Shown: in pieces, positions 10,321 to 21,235 of the stretch
How positions within the stretch are numbered: the stretch's first letter is position 1
How the letters are laid out: the number at the start of each line of letters is the position of its first letter
DNA from: Candidatus Melainabacteria bacterium 17Bon1m
Lineage (GTDB): Bacteria; Cyanobacteriota; Vampirovibrionia; Obscuribacterales; Obscuribacteraceae
Direction of reading: 5' to 3'
NCBI GenBank assembly: GCA_032128875.1
Contig: JAVLKG010000003.1
Location: 824,974-888,973, forward strand
Length of the DNA: 64,000 nucleotides
Translations under genes and position numbers: made by a program
Notes under the pieces: generated by a model
Told to the model about the DNA's origin: nothing
The model's input: the letters and a program-made list of their open reading frames with translations, nothing else
The model's database searches: none

Positions 10321-12141
10321 TTGAACGTACCTAAAGTTGCCAAATCAGAGAAATTAGTCGGCCCGGCTGATCTTTGGGCTTTGTTGAGCAAAGTCACTGA
10401 GCTTGTGCGCGGTTCTATGAGAGCGCCCGAAGACCTGTCTGTACTGACTAGCCGGGCGGCGCAGGAGATTGGGCAAGGATTGAATCTGGAGCGCTGTGCG
10501 GTTCTGCTGTTCTCAGAGGATGGCGCGTCGCTTTCAGTGAATGCGGAGTATTCGCGGTCGCAGAAATCTGTGTATTTGGGAAAGAGCTACCATTTAGGTT
10601 TGCGTTCCGAGTTCACCAAACTCCTAAGAGATGGGCGTCCTCTGCCATTGCAGGACATACTCTCGCACGAAGGATCGCAGTTGGGCGAGTTTGTCGGTGA
10701 TGCCAAAACCGGTGCTGTGATTGCATTCCCTTTAGTCGGACCGAAAGGTCCGATTGGTTGTCTCACTATGCACGCCGCTCCGGGTGCGGATAGTGCATAT
10801 TTCTCGGACGAGATGATTGAGGCTTGTGAGGGATTGGCGCAGCAGGTCGCGCTGGTTGTTGAAGTTTCCCAGGCTCTAAGAAGTCTAAATCGTGAAGCTG
10901 TCTTTTTCAGTGAAGCAGGATCTGCGTGCCTGATCGTCAATCGAGAAACATTGGCGGTCTTGAGCGCCAATGCGAGTGCGGCACTGTTGCTGACTGGCTC
11001 GAGCGCATCTCTCGTAAATGTCAGTTTGAGCGATTTGCTTGCTCCTAAGGCGCTTGTTGTCGAGGCGATAAACAGAGCTGCCAGCGAAGATTCTGCAAAG
11101 AGCGCCAGCGATTTGGCCGTATCTGCCGGCAAGACGGATGGCGTGACTGTTTCTTTGCTTGCTTATCCGATTCATGATCCGCAGTCGAATGGACAGCATG
11201 TGGCTGTGATTGTTTATCAACAAAAACAAATCGCATCGGGCTCTAAAACAGCTGGGGCTCAAGAAGATTTTGTACAAGCGGAGGCTGGTCAAGCCAGTCT
11301 TTCCAAGCAACTTACATGGGAAAGATGGATGCGCCAGATTGTCTGTCGTGTTCACTCATCGCTCGATCGAGACAGTATTATGCAATCGGTCGTCGACAGT
11401 TTAGGCCGCGCTTTAAGTGTCTCGCGCTGCATGATTGTCAGAACTGAATCCGTGACGGCGCCCCTTGTCACGCACGAGTATGCAGAGCCTGATGTTTCGC
11501 CGCTTGGGCTCGGGCGAACAGGGCAATTTCCTGCGCGTACAGCGTCGCATTTCAAAACCAGGGTAAAGGCAGTTGGTGATATCGTTGCTGAAAGACCAAA
11601 TCTGCAAATAAGCGATGAAGAGCTGGAATGGTTCCTGGACAATGGTTTTAGTAGCATTGCCGGCGCTCCGATTTCGCATCATGGGCATATTTACGGCGTG
11701 GTAGTTGCCATCTCCTGTGGTGCTGCGCGCAAATGGTTGCCGAATGAGCTCGATATGCTTGAAGTGGCTGCCGCAGAAGCTGCGATTGCTCTCGAGAACA
11801 GTCAGGCATTCATGCAAGTGAAAGATCAATTGTTCAACATGAACTTACTGGGCAACCTCACTCAGCAGTTGACGAATACTCTGGAAATGGCATCAAGGAC
11901 TAATCGACCCGAAAGTTTGGAAGACAAAGGTCGCGCTGAGACTGGCGGTCCGCCGCTTTCCTTCCGCGAGTTGGAAGTTCTGAAATTAATTGCATCAGGT
12001 CTTGCCAACAGAGAAATCGCTCAGCGTTTATTCCTCACCGAGTCGACCGTAGAACTGCACGCTTCGCGCATCCGAAAGAAACTCAAATTGAAGAGCCGTA
12101 CTGCTCTTGTCAAATACGCGTGCGACAACGATCTGGTCTAG
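10321..12141 (+). CDS. GAF-PAS-GAF sensor with LuxR-type HTH (one-component regulator)
   Basis: Two GAF-like segments, a PAS-like start, and C-terminal LSFRELEVLKLIASGLANREIAQRLFLTESTVELH. Confidence 0.88.
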   Translation: MNVPKVAKSEKLVGPADLWALLSKVTELVRGSMRAPEDLSVLTSRAAQEIGQGLNLERCAVLLFSEDGASLSVNAEYSRSQKSVYLGKSYHLGLRSEFTKLLRDGRPLPLQDILSHEGSQLGEFVGDAKTGAVIAFPLVGPKGPIGCLTMHAAPGADSAYFSDEMIEACEGLAQQVALVVEVSQALRSLNREAVFFSEAGSACLIVNRETLAVLSANASAALLLTGSSASLVNVSLSDLLAPKALVVEAINRAASEDSAKSASDLAVSAGKTDGVTVSLLAYPIHDPQSNGQHVAVIVYQQKQIASGSKTAGAQEDFVQAEAGQASLSKQLTWERWMRQIVCRVHSSLDRDSIMQSVVDSLGRALSVSRCMIVRTESVTAPLVTHEYAEPDVSPLGLGRTGQFPARTASHFKTRVKAVGDIVAERPNLQISDEELEWFLDNGFSSIAGAPISHHGHIYGVVVAISCGAARKWLPNELDMLEVAAAEAAIALENSQAFMQVKDQLFNMNLLGNLTQQLTNTLEMASRTNRPESLEDKGRAETGGPPLSFRELEVLKLIASGLANREIAQRLFLTESTVELHASRIRKKLKLKSRTALVKYACDNDLV

Positions 12142-12202
12142 ATTTTTCTGGTTTCAGACTGAACTGGTTCGAGCACTGCTGTCTAAACTGAAAACGACAA
12201 GC

Positions 12203-13537
12203 CTAAAGGCGCCCGCGCGTCTTGATTTCCAGATAGGTGTCGACAAGCTTGTCGGAAAGCTCTTGCGGTGGGCAGTCCAATACGAGGCATCCGCGTCTAT
12301 GCAAAACATTCAGCGCCAGTTCTCTTTGCGAAAGCAAATCGCACGCGACTGCGCGCCGGTAAATTTCGTCGACCGGAACACTTTTATCATGTGCGTCCTT
12401 AAGAACGCCTTGATGTGACATCTCGGTTACTTGGCGGTCCTTGAGTGTTACGCAAAACGGCAGATGTCTGCCGGCGAGGCTGGCCAGACCGGCGAGCATC
12501 GATTGAGAGCCGACAGCATCAGTTAAATCGGTAAGCAAAACCATAAGGCATCTGCCTTTCTGCATGGAAGCGAAGTACGAAAGCATCCCTAAATAGTCAG
12601 GCTCGATCATTTTAGGTTCAACATCGAATACGGCTTCAAGGATTTTTTTCAAGTACGCTTTGCCTCGCCGCGGCGGTAAATAGGCGAGCGGTTTGTCGGC
12701 GAAGATGCCGAATGAAACTTGGTCGTTGTGAGTGAGTCCTGTTAACGCCAGGCATAGACCGGCATTGAGGGCATGGTCGAAGCGCGTCAGACCTTCGAGA
12801 TCGGAAAGCATCATTCTTCCTGCGTCGATAAGAATTAAGAGACGTTGTTCTTGTTCTACTTCATATGTTCTCACGACAGGCCTGTCTCTGCGGGCGGTGG
12901 CTTTCCAGTCGATGAGTTTGCTGTCATCGCCTACCGTGTACTCGCGCAGGCTGGCAAAATCCGTGCCTTGTCCGCGTTTCCTTTGGTGCAGTTCGCCGAG
13001 CTCCGTTGTTCGGCTTAGCTTGATTGAAAGATCGTAGAGCGCTTTCAAGTCACTGTAGACCTTGGCACCCTTTTCCGCTTTACTCGTTGACTCGCGATAG
13101 AAAAGTCCTAAGAAACTCAAGTAGCGAACGTGGATATCGCCGAATTTATAGAGACCGCGTCTGCGTGGAACTACTTCGTACTTGAGAGTTATTTGTTCGC
13201 CGCTCTTAATAGTGCATTCGAATACTTCAACGCTTGGATTGAGATTCAGCGGGCAGTCATCTTTTACCTGGACTCTCAGGTCGAGGCTGCTCTTGTTTTG
13301 AACATAGAGGAAGACATCGTTGATTCTGCCGATGGATAGGCGCTCTTGATTATCTCTGGTGGCGGTGATCAATCTTGGTCTAGGCGTCAATTGAAAATCC
13401 ACTGCCACTGCCACCAGTATCAGTGCATCGAAAACCAGACCGAGTGTGTGCGCGCCTTCGACGAAATAAGCTGCAGCGAAAATCGCGACACCTACGCAAA
13501 GCAATAAATAAAGTCGCCGGCTGGCAGTGAATTTCAT
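12203..13537 (-). CDS. DUF58 / vWA-like protein of MoxR operon
   Basis: GTDFASLREYTVGDDSKLIDWKATARR, LIDAGRMM. Confidence 0.92.
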   Translation of the reverse strand: MKFTASRRLYLLLCVGVAIFAAAYFVEGAHTLGLVFDALILVAVAVDFQLTPRPRLITATRDNQERLSIGRINDVFLYVQNKSSLDLRVQVKDDCPLNLNPSVEVFECTIKSGEQITLKYEVVPRRRGLYKFGDIHVRYLSFLGLFYRESTSKAEKGAKVYSDLKALYDLSIKLSRTTELGELHQRKRGQGTDFASLREYTVGDDSKLIDWKATARRDRPVVRTYEVEQEQRLLILIDAGRMMLSDLEGLTRFDHALNAGLCLALTGLTHNDQVSFGIFADKPLAYLPPRRGKAYLKKILEAVFDVEPKMIEPDYLGMLSYFASMQKGRCLMVLLTDLTDAVGSQSMLAGLASLAGRHLPFCVTLKDRQVTEMSHQGVLKDAHDKSVPVDEIYRRAVACDLLSQRELALNVLHRRGCLVLDCPPQELSDKLVDTYLEIKTRGRL

Positions 13538-13549
13538 ATCAATGTGCCG

Positions 13550-14494
13550 TCATCTTGGCACGGGCACTTGCCTTAGCAAGTTAGCGATTACTTGACTGAC
13601 TGTAACGCCGTCAAGCTCTGCTTCAGCCGTGAGAATAAGCCGATGTCGCAAGACCGGTTCAGCGACGAATTTGACGTTGTCTGGCGTGACGAAGTCTTTG
13701 CCTTCGATTGCGGCATGCGACTTTGCTGCAGCCAACCAACTTAGAGCGGCACGGGGGCTCGCGCCTAATTGCAGGTCCGAGAGGTTGCGAGACTTCTGCA
13801 CAATTTCCATCAAATAATTGAGAATCGATTCTTCTACTTTTACATTGTCCAATTCCTGGCGAGCCTGCAGAATTTCTTCCACGCTTACACACGGTTCAAG
13901 GGCCGGCGTTTTCTTTCTATAAAATCCGTCTTGCCAGTTAATGAGCATTTGGCGCTCGGCATCGGCATCGGGATAGCCAATCATCACTTTGATCATGAAG
14001 CGGTCCAGCTGCGCCTCTGGCAGCGGATAGGTGCCTTCGAATTCAACGGGGTTCTGGGTGGCAACCACCATGAAAAGATCGGGCAGCTTTTGAGTGCGGC
14101 CGTCTAGGGTCACCTGACGCTCTTCCATTGCTTCAAGCAGCGCTGACTGAGTCTTGGGAGGCGTGCGGTTGATTTCATCAGCGAGCAAAAGGCTCGTAAA
14201 AATTGGACCTTTTTTCAGCGTGAATGTTTTCGTATTGAGGTCGTAGATGCTTGTTCCGAGTATGTCGGATGGTAGCATGTCAGGTGTGAGTTGAACGCGC
14301 CCGAACTCAGCACCTATCAGCGATGCAAGTGTTTTGACCAGCATCGTCTTTGCTGTGCCAGGTACGCCTTCCAGAAGAACATGTCCTTCAGCAAGCAAAG
14401 CGACCAGAAGCTGATCGATTACCATTTGTTGTCCAACAATCACTGAAGAAAGCCGCTCTTGCAAGCGCTTAAAAACTGTTCCGATTTCGCTCAT
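13550..14494 (-). CDS. moxR: MoxR-family AAA+ ATPase
   Basis: [56 protein letters not shown]. Confidence 0.96.
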   Translation of the reverse strand: MSEIGTVFKRLQERLSSVIVGQQMVIDQLLVALLAEGHVLLEGVPGTAKTMLVKTLASLIGAEFGRVQLTPDMLPSDILGTSIYDLNTKTFTLKKGPIFTSLLLADEINRTPPKTQSALLEAMEERQVTLDGRTQKLPDLFMVVATQNPVEFEGTYPLPEAQLDRFMIKVMIGYPDADAERQMLINWQDGFYRKKTPALEPCVSVEEILQARQELDNVKVEESILNYLMEIVQKSRNLSDLQLGASPRAALSWLAAAKSHAAIEGKDFVTPDNVKFVAEPVLRHRLILTAEAELDGVTVSQVIANLLRQVPVPR

Positions 14495-15711
14495 GAATTA
14501 GATTCCGCCTTTGTTTTTTCGTCTGTAGAATCGGCAAGAGTTCTGGCTATCTTATCGCAGGTGCCCACTAAGGTTCTCAAATCAGAGTCGCTCAAATGTT
14601 TCTTGCTTAATGCTCGCTCATAATTTTCAATCAATTCTTGCATGTTCGCTTTTGGTGCCAACTTAGATTGCTGCCACGCGGAGACTATGTTTTCGGATGA
14701 TTCATGGGGCGAAATGCCAAGCGTTTTGCAAAGACGGTGTTTGAAGGACTGCCCTAGTATTTCCAGAACAGCCGTGTTTGCGCGGGCGCGTCGGAAAGCA
14801 TTTGATAATCCGTGAATAAATTCCAGATTGGAAATCTTTCGAGTAACAAACACTTGGCGTACGGCACCAAATCTTTGTGCTGAGCTAATTGTTGCTATTA
14901 GCAAAATCAGCATTAGCTGCCAAAAGATAGGACCCGTAGGTCCCCTTAGAAGATAGTGGAACACATTTGTCGCGGAGGAAAACCCGTGGCAACGCTCGTC
15001 AAAAATTACCGCACCGTGGGCAGTGCTAAACCAGTTAGCGAGAAATTGGAAGTTCGACCAGGACTCAGGATTGGCGAGCCGGCGGTTCGAGCAGATGCTT
15101 GGGACTGTACCGAGGAGCACTCGACCCTTTCCGTGTTTCACCAAAGCAATTAGAGTGCCGGACGAATCAGAAAGAAGAGCCTGACCACCTTTCAGGCGTC
15201 GTTCGGCACTTAGTAAAAGCGATGAAACATGCGCGAATTCAGGAGCTGCTGTGTTGTTTAGAGGTAACACCTTGTCCACAATGTCAGTGCCATCCTTGGT
15301 ATCAATGTTCAATTTATCGATCAGGCGGCGAGTCAGCTTGTACGAAAAGTGATCGAAATAAATGAGGTCGTTTCCTTTTTCGACCCAATCAAGAATCAAT
15401 TTGGCGTCTAATTCTGAAAGTGACTCGGTCGGCTGGAGGATTACCAACATTCCTTTGACGTCAGCTAGATTGCGATATGGCAATTGCCATGTCATTGATT
15501 TTATGCCGGTTTTCGTGACTATTTCGTGCATCCCCGAAAGACCGCTAGGTTTTTTATTGAACACAGAGATGAGGATCTCAGTCTCCGGCCAGAACTTGTC
15601 CTTTTGTTCGTCGAACGCAAGTCCCGAGTAAACGGCCAATCCGCTGACCACGAGCAAGGCAAATAACTGCCACCAAATACGGTTCGACTTTTCGGTTGCT
15701 GTGTGGGTCAT
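14491..15711 (-). CDS. DUF4350-like membrane-anchored protein
   Basis: N- and C-terminal TM helices, FDERCHG and QRFG motifs; typical position upstream of moxR. Confidence 0.75.
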   Translation of the reverse strand: MTHTATEKSNRIWWQLFALLVVSGLAVYSGLAFDEQKDKFWPETEILISVFNKKPSGLSGMHEIVTKTGIKSMTWQLPYRNLADVKGMLVILQPTESLSELDAKLILDWVEKGNDLIYFDHFSYKLTRRLIDKLNIDTKDGTDIVDKVLPLNNTAAPEFAHVSSLLLSAERRLKGGQALLSDSSGTLIALVKHGKGRVLLGTVPSICSNRRLANPESWSNFQFLANWFSTAHGAVIFDERCHGFSSATNVFHYLLRGPTGPIFWQLMLILLIATISSAQRFGAVRQVFVTRKISNLEFIHGLSNAFRRARANTAVLEILGQSFKHRLCKTLGISPHESSENIVSAWQQSKLAPKANMQELIENYERALSKKHLSDSDLRTLVGTCDKIARTLADSTDEKTKAESNS

Positions 15712-16400
15712 GAAACTTTGTCAGACCCCGCTGCGTTACTCTTCAGGGCGAGGTTTTGTGCTGCCGGTTCTTTCTTTACTTTTGCTCTGGCTTCATCGAT
15801 CAAACGCAGGCAACTTTCAAAATCTTCTCGTGCTGCCTGTTTGTTTCCAAACCAAACAAGTTCCACGATATCCGCTAGTTTCCTGAATATTGATTGAACT
15901 TCCTGGTGTTTGCTCAGTTGATACCAGTATTCGTAGTTTGTTTTTGCCGGTGCATATGGAGCTACTTCTTGCTCTTCGAGATGACGCAAAAAAGAAAGAT
16001 AGACTGCACGGCAAGCGGCTTTGTAGTGTTCTTTCTGGGCGAGAGATTTTGCTTCTTCGAGCCAGCCTTCTGATGTAAGTAACCTTTCGCTTTCGAGTGC
16101 CCCGGCGCGGGCTAGTTTACTCATTTGAGTGAGCTTGGTCATGCGCATGAAGACCAAGTAAATGATAATCAACGCGCACAGACCGCCGGCTGCGTAGAGC
16201 AATATTTGCATCATGTTTCCGACCATGCGAGTGTCGGAAAACCCGGAATTAAACAGGTGCAGCTGCTCGAGAAGGTCTTTCACAAATCGAAGCACTCGGC
16301 TGAGCATCTCTTGCACGTAAACCAAGAATTCCGGCGGCTTGTGGTAGTGGTAGCCCCTGGCGACGTCGGCAATTGCTTCGCTAATATCTTTGAATTCCAT
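15708..16400 (-). CDS. DUF4129 domain protein
   Basis: TM followed by ACRAVY..L, KTNYEY and VWFG motifs. Confidence 0.8.
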   Translation of the reverse strand: MEFKDISEAIADVARGYHYHKPPEFLVYVQEMLSRVLRFVKDLLEQLHLFNSGFSDTRMVGNMMQILLYAAGGLCALIIIYLVFMRMTKLTQMSKLARAGALESERLLTSEGWLEEAKSLAQKEHYKAACRAVYLSFLRHLEEQEVAPYAPAKTNYEYWYQLSKHQEVQSIFRKLADIVELVWFGNKQAAREDFESCLRLIDEARAKVKKEPAAQNLALKSNAAGSDKVS

Positions 16401-16416
16401 GACTTGCGGCTGAGCC

Positions 16417-17394
16417 TCAAATCCTGTCTTCGGCGATTAAACCAGCCGGCTTATTGATGTCTTCAATGCGTCTAATCAAATCAATTCCTTCTTTTCGCAT
16501 CCGTTGATCGTAGTAAAAAAGACCGGTTGCCATAAAGGAAATGGGCCAGGTGATAATGCTTACAATCGATTCCCAGCTTTGATTGAAGAGCGTGTAGTAG
16601 AAAGGCATTTTTCCTGGATCGGTTAGGAAATCTGGACTCATGCCTTGACGCATGAATTCGAAAATCGACACTAGTACCAAAGGCAGTGATAGAGGATAAC
16701 TAATCACCATTAAAGCTATGAAAAGCAGGCTGCAGAAATATCCTGAGCGCCAGAAATCTTGAAATACCAATGCGAAAGTACGGTTGAACAAACCACCCAA
16801 AGAGAGATCTTCACAGGCGCCGACTGCAAAAGAAAAATAGAGTGCAATGCATGTGATCGTGATTGAAGCTACCAGTCCCAGAAGTCCAAAGAGCATACCG
16901 GCGAAGAGTAAATAGGTGGTCGCGGTATTCGCTTTGAAGAACGCCATGCAGACTGAAACAATGATGCTCCAGAAAGTGACAGAAACGATAATCGCCACGT
17001 ACGCAAGAGTGACTAGTCCGATGATTTTCCACTTGCGCTTCATTATGTATGCCTGCGCATCGGCATAGTTATCTGCAAAACCGGTGACGAGGCGGATGAA
17101 CGAAAGTTGTCTCAATTGCAGGAAAAGCGCGACACCGATCAGGCTAAGAATGCCCAATACGGCGGCGATCCCTGAAATGATCACCATGGTCCAGTCCTTT
17201 TGGTCCAGGCGCAAAGAAAAACTAGTCACGCCCCAGTGGAAAGCAACCTTTGAGGCGGTTAGAAAAATTGTCGGCCACAGCAGAACATGGAAGAACAGTT
17301 TGATGTTTTTGCGATAAATTCTGATCGAGCGACCGATCAGGTCACCAACCGACTGTAATTGCTGAGGTGGCGGGTCAAACGCGGCAGTTTCCAT
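16417..17394 (-). CDS. Polytopic membrane protein of the MoxR operon
   Basis: About 6 TM helices; VGDLIGRS..Y N-terminus and YYDQRMRKEG.DL C-terminus. Confidence 0.75.
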   Translation of the reverse strand: METAAFDPPPQQLQSVGDLIGRSIRIYRKNIKLFFHVLLWPTIFLTASKVAFHWGVTSFSLRLDQKDWTMVIISGIAAVLGILSLIGVALFLQLRQLSFIRLVTGFADNYADAQAYIMKRKWKIIGLVTLAYVAIIVSVTFWSIIVSVCMAFFKANTATTYLLFAGMLFGLLGLVASITITCIALYFSFAVGACEDLSLGGLFNRTFALVFQDFWRSGYFCSLLFIALMVISYPLSLPLVLVSIFEFMRQGMSPDFLTDPGKMPFYYTLFNQSWESIVSIITWPISFMATGLFYYDQRMRKEGIDLIRRIEDINKPAGLIAEDRI

Positions 17395-17537
17395 CCCCTC
17401 AATTTTAGCGAATCCTAACCTTGTCTGCCGGTCATTGGGAGACCATCCTTTGGAAATTCAGGTTAGGTCGGTTGCCATGGTTATAATCTGAACCCTGAAA
17501 GTTCAAATCTGATTCGCTTTACTACGGCAAAAAAACG

Positions 17538-17551
17538 AATCGATAACGATT
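17538..17551. repeat. 14-bp inverted-repeat motif AATCGATAACGATT (reverse complement of AATCGTTATCGATT)
   Basis: Exact copy of a motif found five times in the window; lies in a divergent intergenic region. Confidence 0.7.
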
Positions 17552-17601
17552 GAGTTTTCAATTCCGTAAGTGGGGTTTAGAGGGGTTTTCGAGCGTTGAG
17601 T

Positions 17602-18114
17602 ATGAACCGTCCGCAGCTTTCGACTCATTTATTACCGCTTGTAAGACCTGTGCCCAATCACTTTACGGCGTCAGCCGTTGTCATTGAGGAAGGACATATC
17701 TTGCTTGTCCATCACCGACGCATCGGCGCATGGTTGCCACCGGGTGGTCATATCGACGAGGGCGAGCTGCCGCATGAGGCTGCTATACGAGAGGTTATGG
17801 AGGAGACGGGCGTTCAGGTCATGGTTCTAACTCCCGAACTTCCAGTCTCAATCGACAGCGACGCTTTTTTCCTACAACAGCCTCTGTGTATGCATGGCGT
17901 CTTTGCTGTTGAGGACGGCGTGGAGCTTTATCACATCGATATGGCGTACCTGTGCGCGGTGGACAGAGGTGAGTCCGGAAATATGCCACTTCTGACCGTA
18001 GCAGAAGAAGTGCACGATGCTGCATGGATTCCAATAGATGGTCTTGGCAGCCTTAATTTAGCCAAGAACGTAAGAGAGGTGGTCGATATGGCTCTTCTGA
18101 AATTGCGCGGCTAG
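17602..18114 (+). CDS. NUDIX hydrolase
   Basis: Nudix box GGHIDEGELPHEAAIREVMEETG. Confidence 0.93.
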   Translation: MNRPQLSTHLLPLVRPVPNHFTASAVVIEEGHILLVHHRRIGAWLPPGGHIDEGELPHEAAIREVMEETGVQVMVLTPELPVSIDSDAFFLQQPLCMHGVFAVEDGVELYHIDMAYLCAVDRGESGNMPLLTVAEEVHDAAWIPIDGLGSLNLAKNVREVVDMALLKLRG

Positions 18115-18163
18115 GTAACACAAATAGATCTAAATAAGCGATACTAGGATTCTGAGGGGCACT

Positions 18164-21085
18164 TTGGCGGTTCTCAGTAGAAAGAATTCGATGACTGTAG
18201 CGCTACTACAAAAACTTTCAGGGGTCAGGGATTTAAGAAAAATCCTGGAAACCACGGTCAAAGAAATCGGCGAAACGTTCAACGCCGATTCTTGCCAGAT
18301 TATGGTGAGCAATCCGCTCGATCCAAATGTCACGTCAATATGCGAGTTTAAGCCTCACAAAGACGTAAAATTGCCTGACAACTTGCCGAATGTTTCGATG
18401 CCTTTGGTCATTCAAGGACGCACCTTCGGTGCCTTGAGTTTGCAAAGACGCTCTGATGTTTCACGTGACGAAGTGAATTCGATGCGTGTCGCTCTCGGGG
18501 AATTAGGCGATATCATCCGTCACGCTCAAATCAATGACGTAATTCAGCGCGATACTTTCAGAGATACATTTCTGGTCGAAATCGGCAACGTAATGGCGTA
18601 TTCGCTTGGTATAGGCGATGCACTTTTTATGGTCGTCAATATCCTTGGCAAGGTTTTGCAAGCGAGTCGCTGTTTATTTATCTGTACCGATGATGCTCAG
18701 GCTGGCTGGAAGTGCTACGAATTTTGGCAACAAGACAAGGTTCAAAGCTGCCAGGATTATTATTGGCCGACCACCCATTCGCCGCTCATAGCGCAAGTTC
18801 TGCTCAGCAAAACGCCTCTTAAGGTTTTTGAGGGACAACTGAATTCTTATGCTTCGCCGGTGCAGGACGAACTGCAACTGATTAGCGTGAAGTCATTGCT
18901 GGGCATTCCGCTGCGCACTGCCAATGCGACTCACGGTTGTGTCATTCTGCAACAGTGCGATTATCGTCGGGCATGGACGCGCGGCGAACTCGATATGGTG
19001 CAAAATGTCGCAGACAAGGTTGCAGAAGCACTACTTAAATTGCCTGCTGAAAAGCGTGCCCGTGAGCCTATCATGCAGCTTCACCAGCGGGTTGTGCAAG
19101 ATACAGCGCCCGGCGAAAAAGCTTCGATTGGCACGGTTCGTAATGCTCTAAAGGGCGCACTCGGAGCACAAGCTATTCCGTCGGCGCGAAAAACATCGCA
19201 GCAATCTGTGCCGGCGCAGGCAAAGGCAGCGGCCGCTTCTACACCAGCTCCAGCGCCTCCGCCACCAGCACCTACGCCACCGGCACCACCGACTCCGATT
19301 CCACAACCATCTACGCCTCCTGCACCGCAACTATCTGCGCCTCCCGCTCCTGCACCGGTTGCGCAAGCTCCGGTGGCGCCAGCATCGCCACCACCTGCGC
19401 CACCACCTGCGGCGCCGATGTCCGAGACCGCACCTCCAACATCTACAGACATTCCGGCTCCGACAATCACTCCCGTTGTGCGTGGTCAAGGTGCTCCGCA
19501 ATCGCCGGCAGGATCTGCCGCAGGCAATGCGTTCAGCAACATATTGGAGCCGCCACCGGCAACCGCAACTGCCGATGTCCTGCCGATAAGCCCGGAAGAA
19601 ATTCTCACTAAAACTGCAGATCTTACCGATCAGCTGGGCGAAATCAAAGCGAAAGACCCTTACGCAGACATCGATTTTGGGGAATTTGTCGAGCCAGCGG
19701 ATTTTTCGCCGCCAGCTACTGAAACACAAGCGCTCCCGCCTGTTGACGTAGCAGCTGCTGCCCAAGCGCCTGTAGTGGCTCAACCTGCAGAACAAGCGCC
19801 TCTGCCTAACTCAGTTGCGCCGACGCCAGAAGTTGCACAGGCTGCGCCGCCAGCTCAAGAAATGGCTGCATCGTCAACTGCTGAAACAATTTCAGCTCCG
19901 GACCTAGCGCCAGCGCAAGAGCCTGCACCCGCACCCGCAGCTACACCCGCACCCGCACCCGCACCCGCACCTGCGCCCGCACCCGCACCTGCGCCCGCAC
20001 CCGCACCCGCACCCGCGCCTACACCTACACCTGCACCTGCTGCAACTCCTGAAGTGGCGGCGGCACCTGTCAGTGCAGAGTCTGCTGCAACAGCAGAAGC
20101 GGAAGCTCCTGGTGGATGGGGTAATCTTGACGCTATTCCAACACCAAAAGCGGCGCCGGCAGCAGCGCAGGCTCCCAGTGCGTGGGGCGATTTAGATTCG
20201 ATTCAAACACCCAAGGCAGCGGCGAATGCAGCACCCGGGGCTGGTTTGCGTGGCAAGCTCGGCAAGGGCAAGGCTCCGAGTCCCGCCGCTCAGGGTAGCG
20301 CTTTGCTCGCGTCGATGCACAAGGATAAGTCTCAGTTCAAGCCTCAGGAACCAGCGTCTGCGCCAGTGCAGGAAGCCAAACCTGAATTTGTCCAGGGACC
20401 GCCGATAGAAATTGATGAAGCAAAAGCCCAAGCGAAATTGCAAGAAATTCTCTCGTCAGCTAATCCGACAAGTGACTATATCTTCGCCACGCCCGGTCTT
20501 GACGCTCGTATGTTGGGCCGTATAGACGGCTGGGTTTCGCAAATCGAAGCCAAAGACAAATATTTGAACGGGCATGCGCGTCAGGTTGCCGAGTATTCGG
20601 TAGCGATTGCAAAAGGAATAGGGCTGGATGAAGAAGCGCAGAATCTTGTGCGGCAGGTGGCTCTTGTCCACGATGTCGGCAAGCTGGGTGCTGCAGCTCC
20701 CATCCTGCAAAAACGCGAAGAAGAATTACATGATTCAGAATTGATCACTGTGATGCGTCACCCGATCGACGGGGCCGAACTTCTCGAGTCGTTCCCCGAC
20801 TTGGCGCACCTGGCGCCGATCGTGAGGGCACACCACGAGGAATACAATGGAGAAGGGTTCCCTGCCGGCTTGAAAGAAAATGAAATTCCGATCGAAGCGC
20901 GCATAATTTGTCTCGCCAATGCTTATCACAACATGGTGAGCGACATGCGCTATGGACCTGGCATGGATCCTCAAGAAGCGCAGGCTGAAATTACCCGCGG
21001 GGCTGGACGCCAGTGGGATCCGACTCTCGTTCAGGCGTTTTTGCAGTGTTTGCAAAGTGGCGTAGTACCTGCAAAACATAGCTGA
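18164..21085 (+). CDS. GAF-GAF / long Pro-Ala linker / HD-GYP domain protein
   Basis: N-terminal GAF domains; C-terminal KDKYLNGH, HDVGK, HPIDG, HHEEYNGEGFP and GRQWDP motifs. Confidence 0.88.
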   Translation: MAVLSRKNSMTVALLQKLSGVRDLRKILETTVKEIGETFNADSCQIMVSNPLDPNVTSICEFKPHKDVKLPDNLPNVSMPLVIQGRTFGALSLQRRSDVSRDEVNSMRVALGELGDIIRHAQINDVIQRDTFRDTFLVEIGNVMAYSLGIGDALFMVVNILGKVLQASRCLFICTDDAQAGWKCYEFWQQDKVQSCQDYYWPTTHSPLIAQVLLSKTPLKVFEGQLNSYASPVQDELQLISVKSLLGIPLRTANATHGCVILQQCDYRRAWTRGELDMVQNVADKVAEALLKLPAEKRAREPIMQLHQRVVQDTAPGEKASIGTVRNALKGALGAQAIPSARKTSQQSVPAQAKAAAASTPAPAPPPPAPTPPAPPTPIPQPSTPPAPQLSAPPAPAPVAQAPVAPASPPPAPPPAAPMSETAPPTSTDIPAPTITPVVRGQGAPQSPAGSAAGNAFSNILEPPPATATADVLPISPEEILTKTADLTDQLGEIKAKDPYADIDFGEFVEPADFSPPATETQALPPVDVAAAAQAPVVAQPAEQAPLPNSVAPTPEVAQAAPPAQEMAASSTAETISAPDLAPAQEPAPAPAATPAPAPAPAPAPAPAPAPAPAPAPAPTPTPAPAATPEVAAAPVSAESAATAEAEAPGGWGNLDAIPTPKAAPAAAQAPSAWGDLDSIQTPKAAANAAPGAGLRGKLGKGKAPSPAAQGSALLASMHKDKSQFKPQEPASAPVQEAKPEFVQGPPIEIDEAKAQAKLQEILSSANPTSDYIFATPGLDARMLGRIDGWVSQIEAKDKYLNGHARQVAEYSVAIAKGIGLDEEAQNLVRQVALVHDVGKLGAAAPILQKREEELHDSELITVMRHPIDGAELLESFPDLAHLAPIVRAHHEEYNGEGFPAGLKENEIPIEARIICLANAYHNMVSDMRYGPGMDPQEAQAEITRGAGRQWDPTLVQAFLQCLQSGVVPAKHS
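19921..20040 (+). repeat. Coding hexanucleotide tandem repeat (GCACCC)n encoding (AP)n
   Basis: gcacccgcacccgcaccc... run inside the HD-GYP gene. Confidence 0.85.
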
Positions 21086-21161
21086 TAGTTAGTTCTATAA
21101 ACGTCGTGGCTTACAAACGTTGTGCTTACAAACGTTGTTTCACAGAACTGTGTTCTATCGC

Positions 21162-21193
21162 AAACAAAAGAGGGGCGGACTATCCACCCCTCT
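21162..21193 (-). terminator. Intrinsic terminator downstream of rpsA
   Basis: Minus strand AGAGGGGTGGA-TAG-TCCGCCCCTCT followed by TTTGTTT. Confidence 0.75.
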
Positions 21194-21235
21194 CTCGAAA
21201 TGTTCATGCTATTGATCGGTGCCTAAAAGCTCGCT

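Noticed and set aside
12203-17394. MoxR-DUF58-DUF4350-DUF4129 operon as a novel system
   Set aside because: A widespread, previously noted gene cluster; function is poorly known but nothing here is distinctive
21095-21160. Possible CRISPR array
   Set aside because: Repeats are 15 bp, directly adjacent with no spacers, and there are no cas genes
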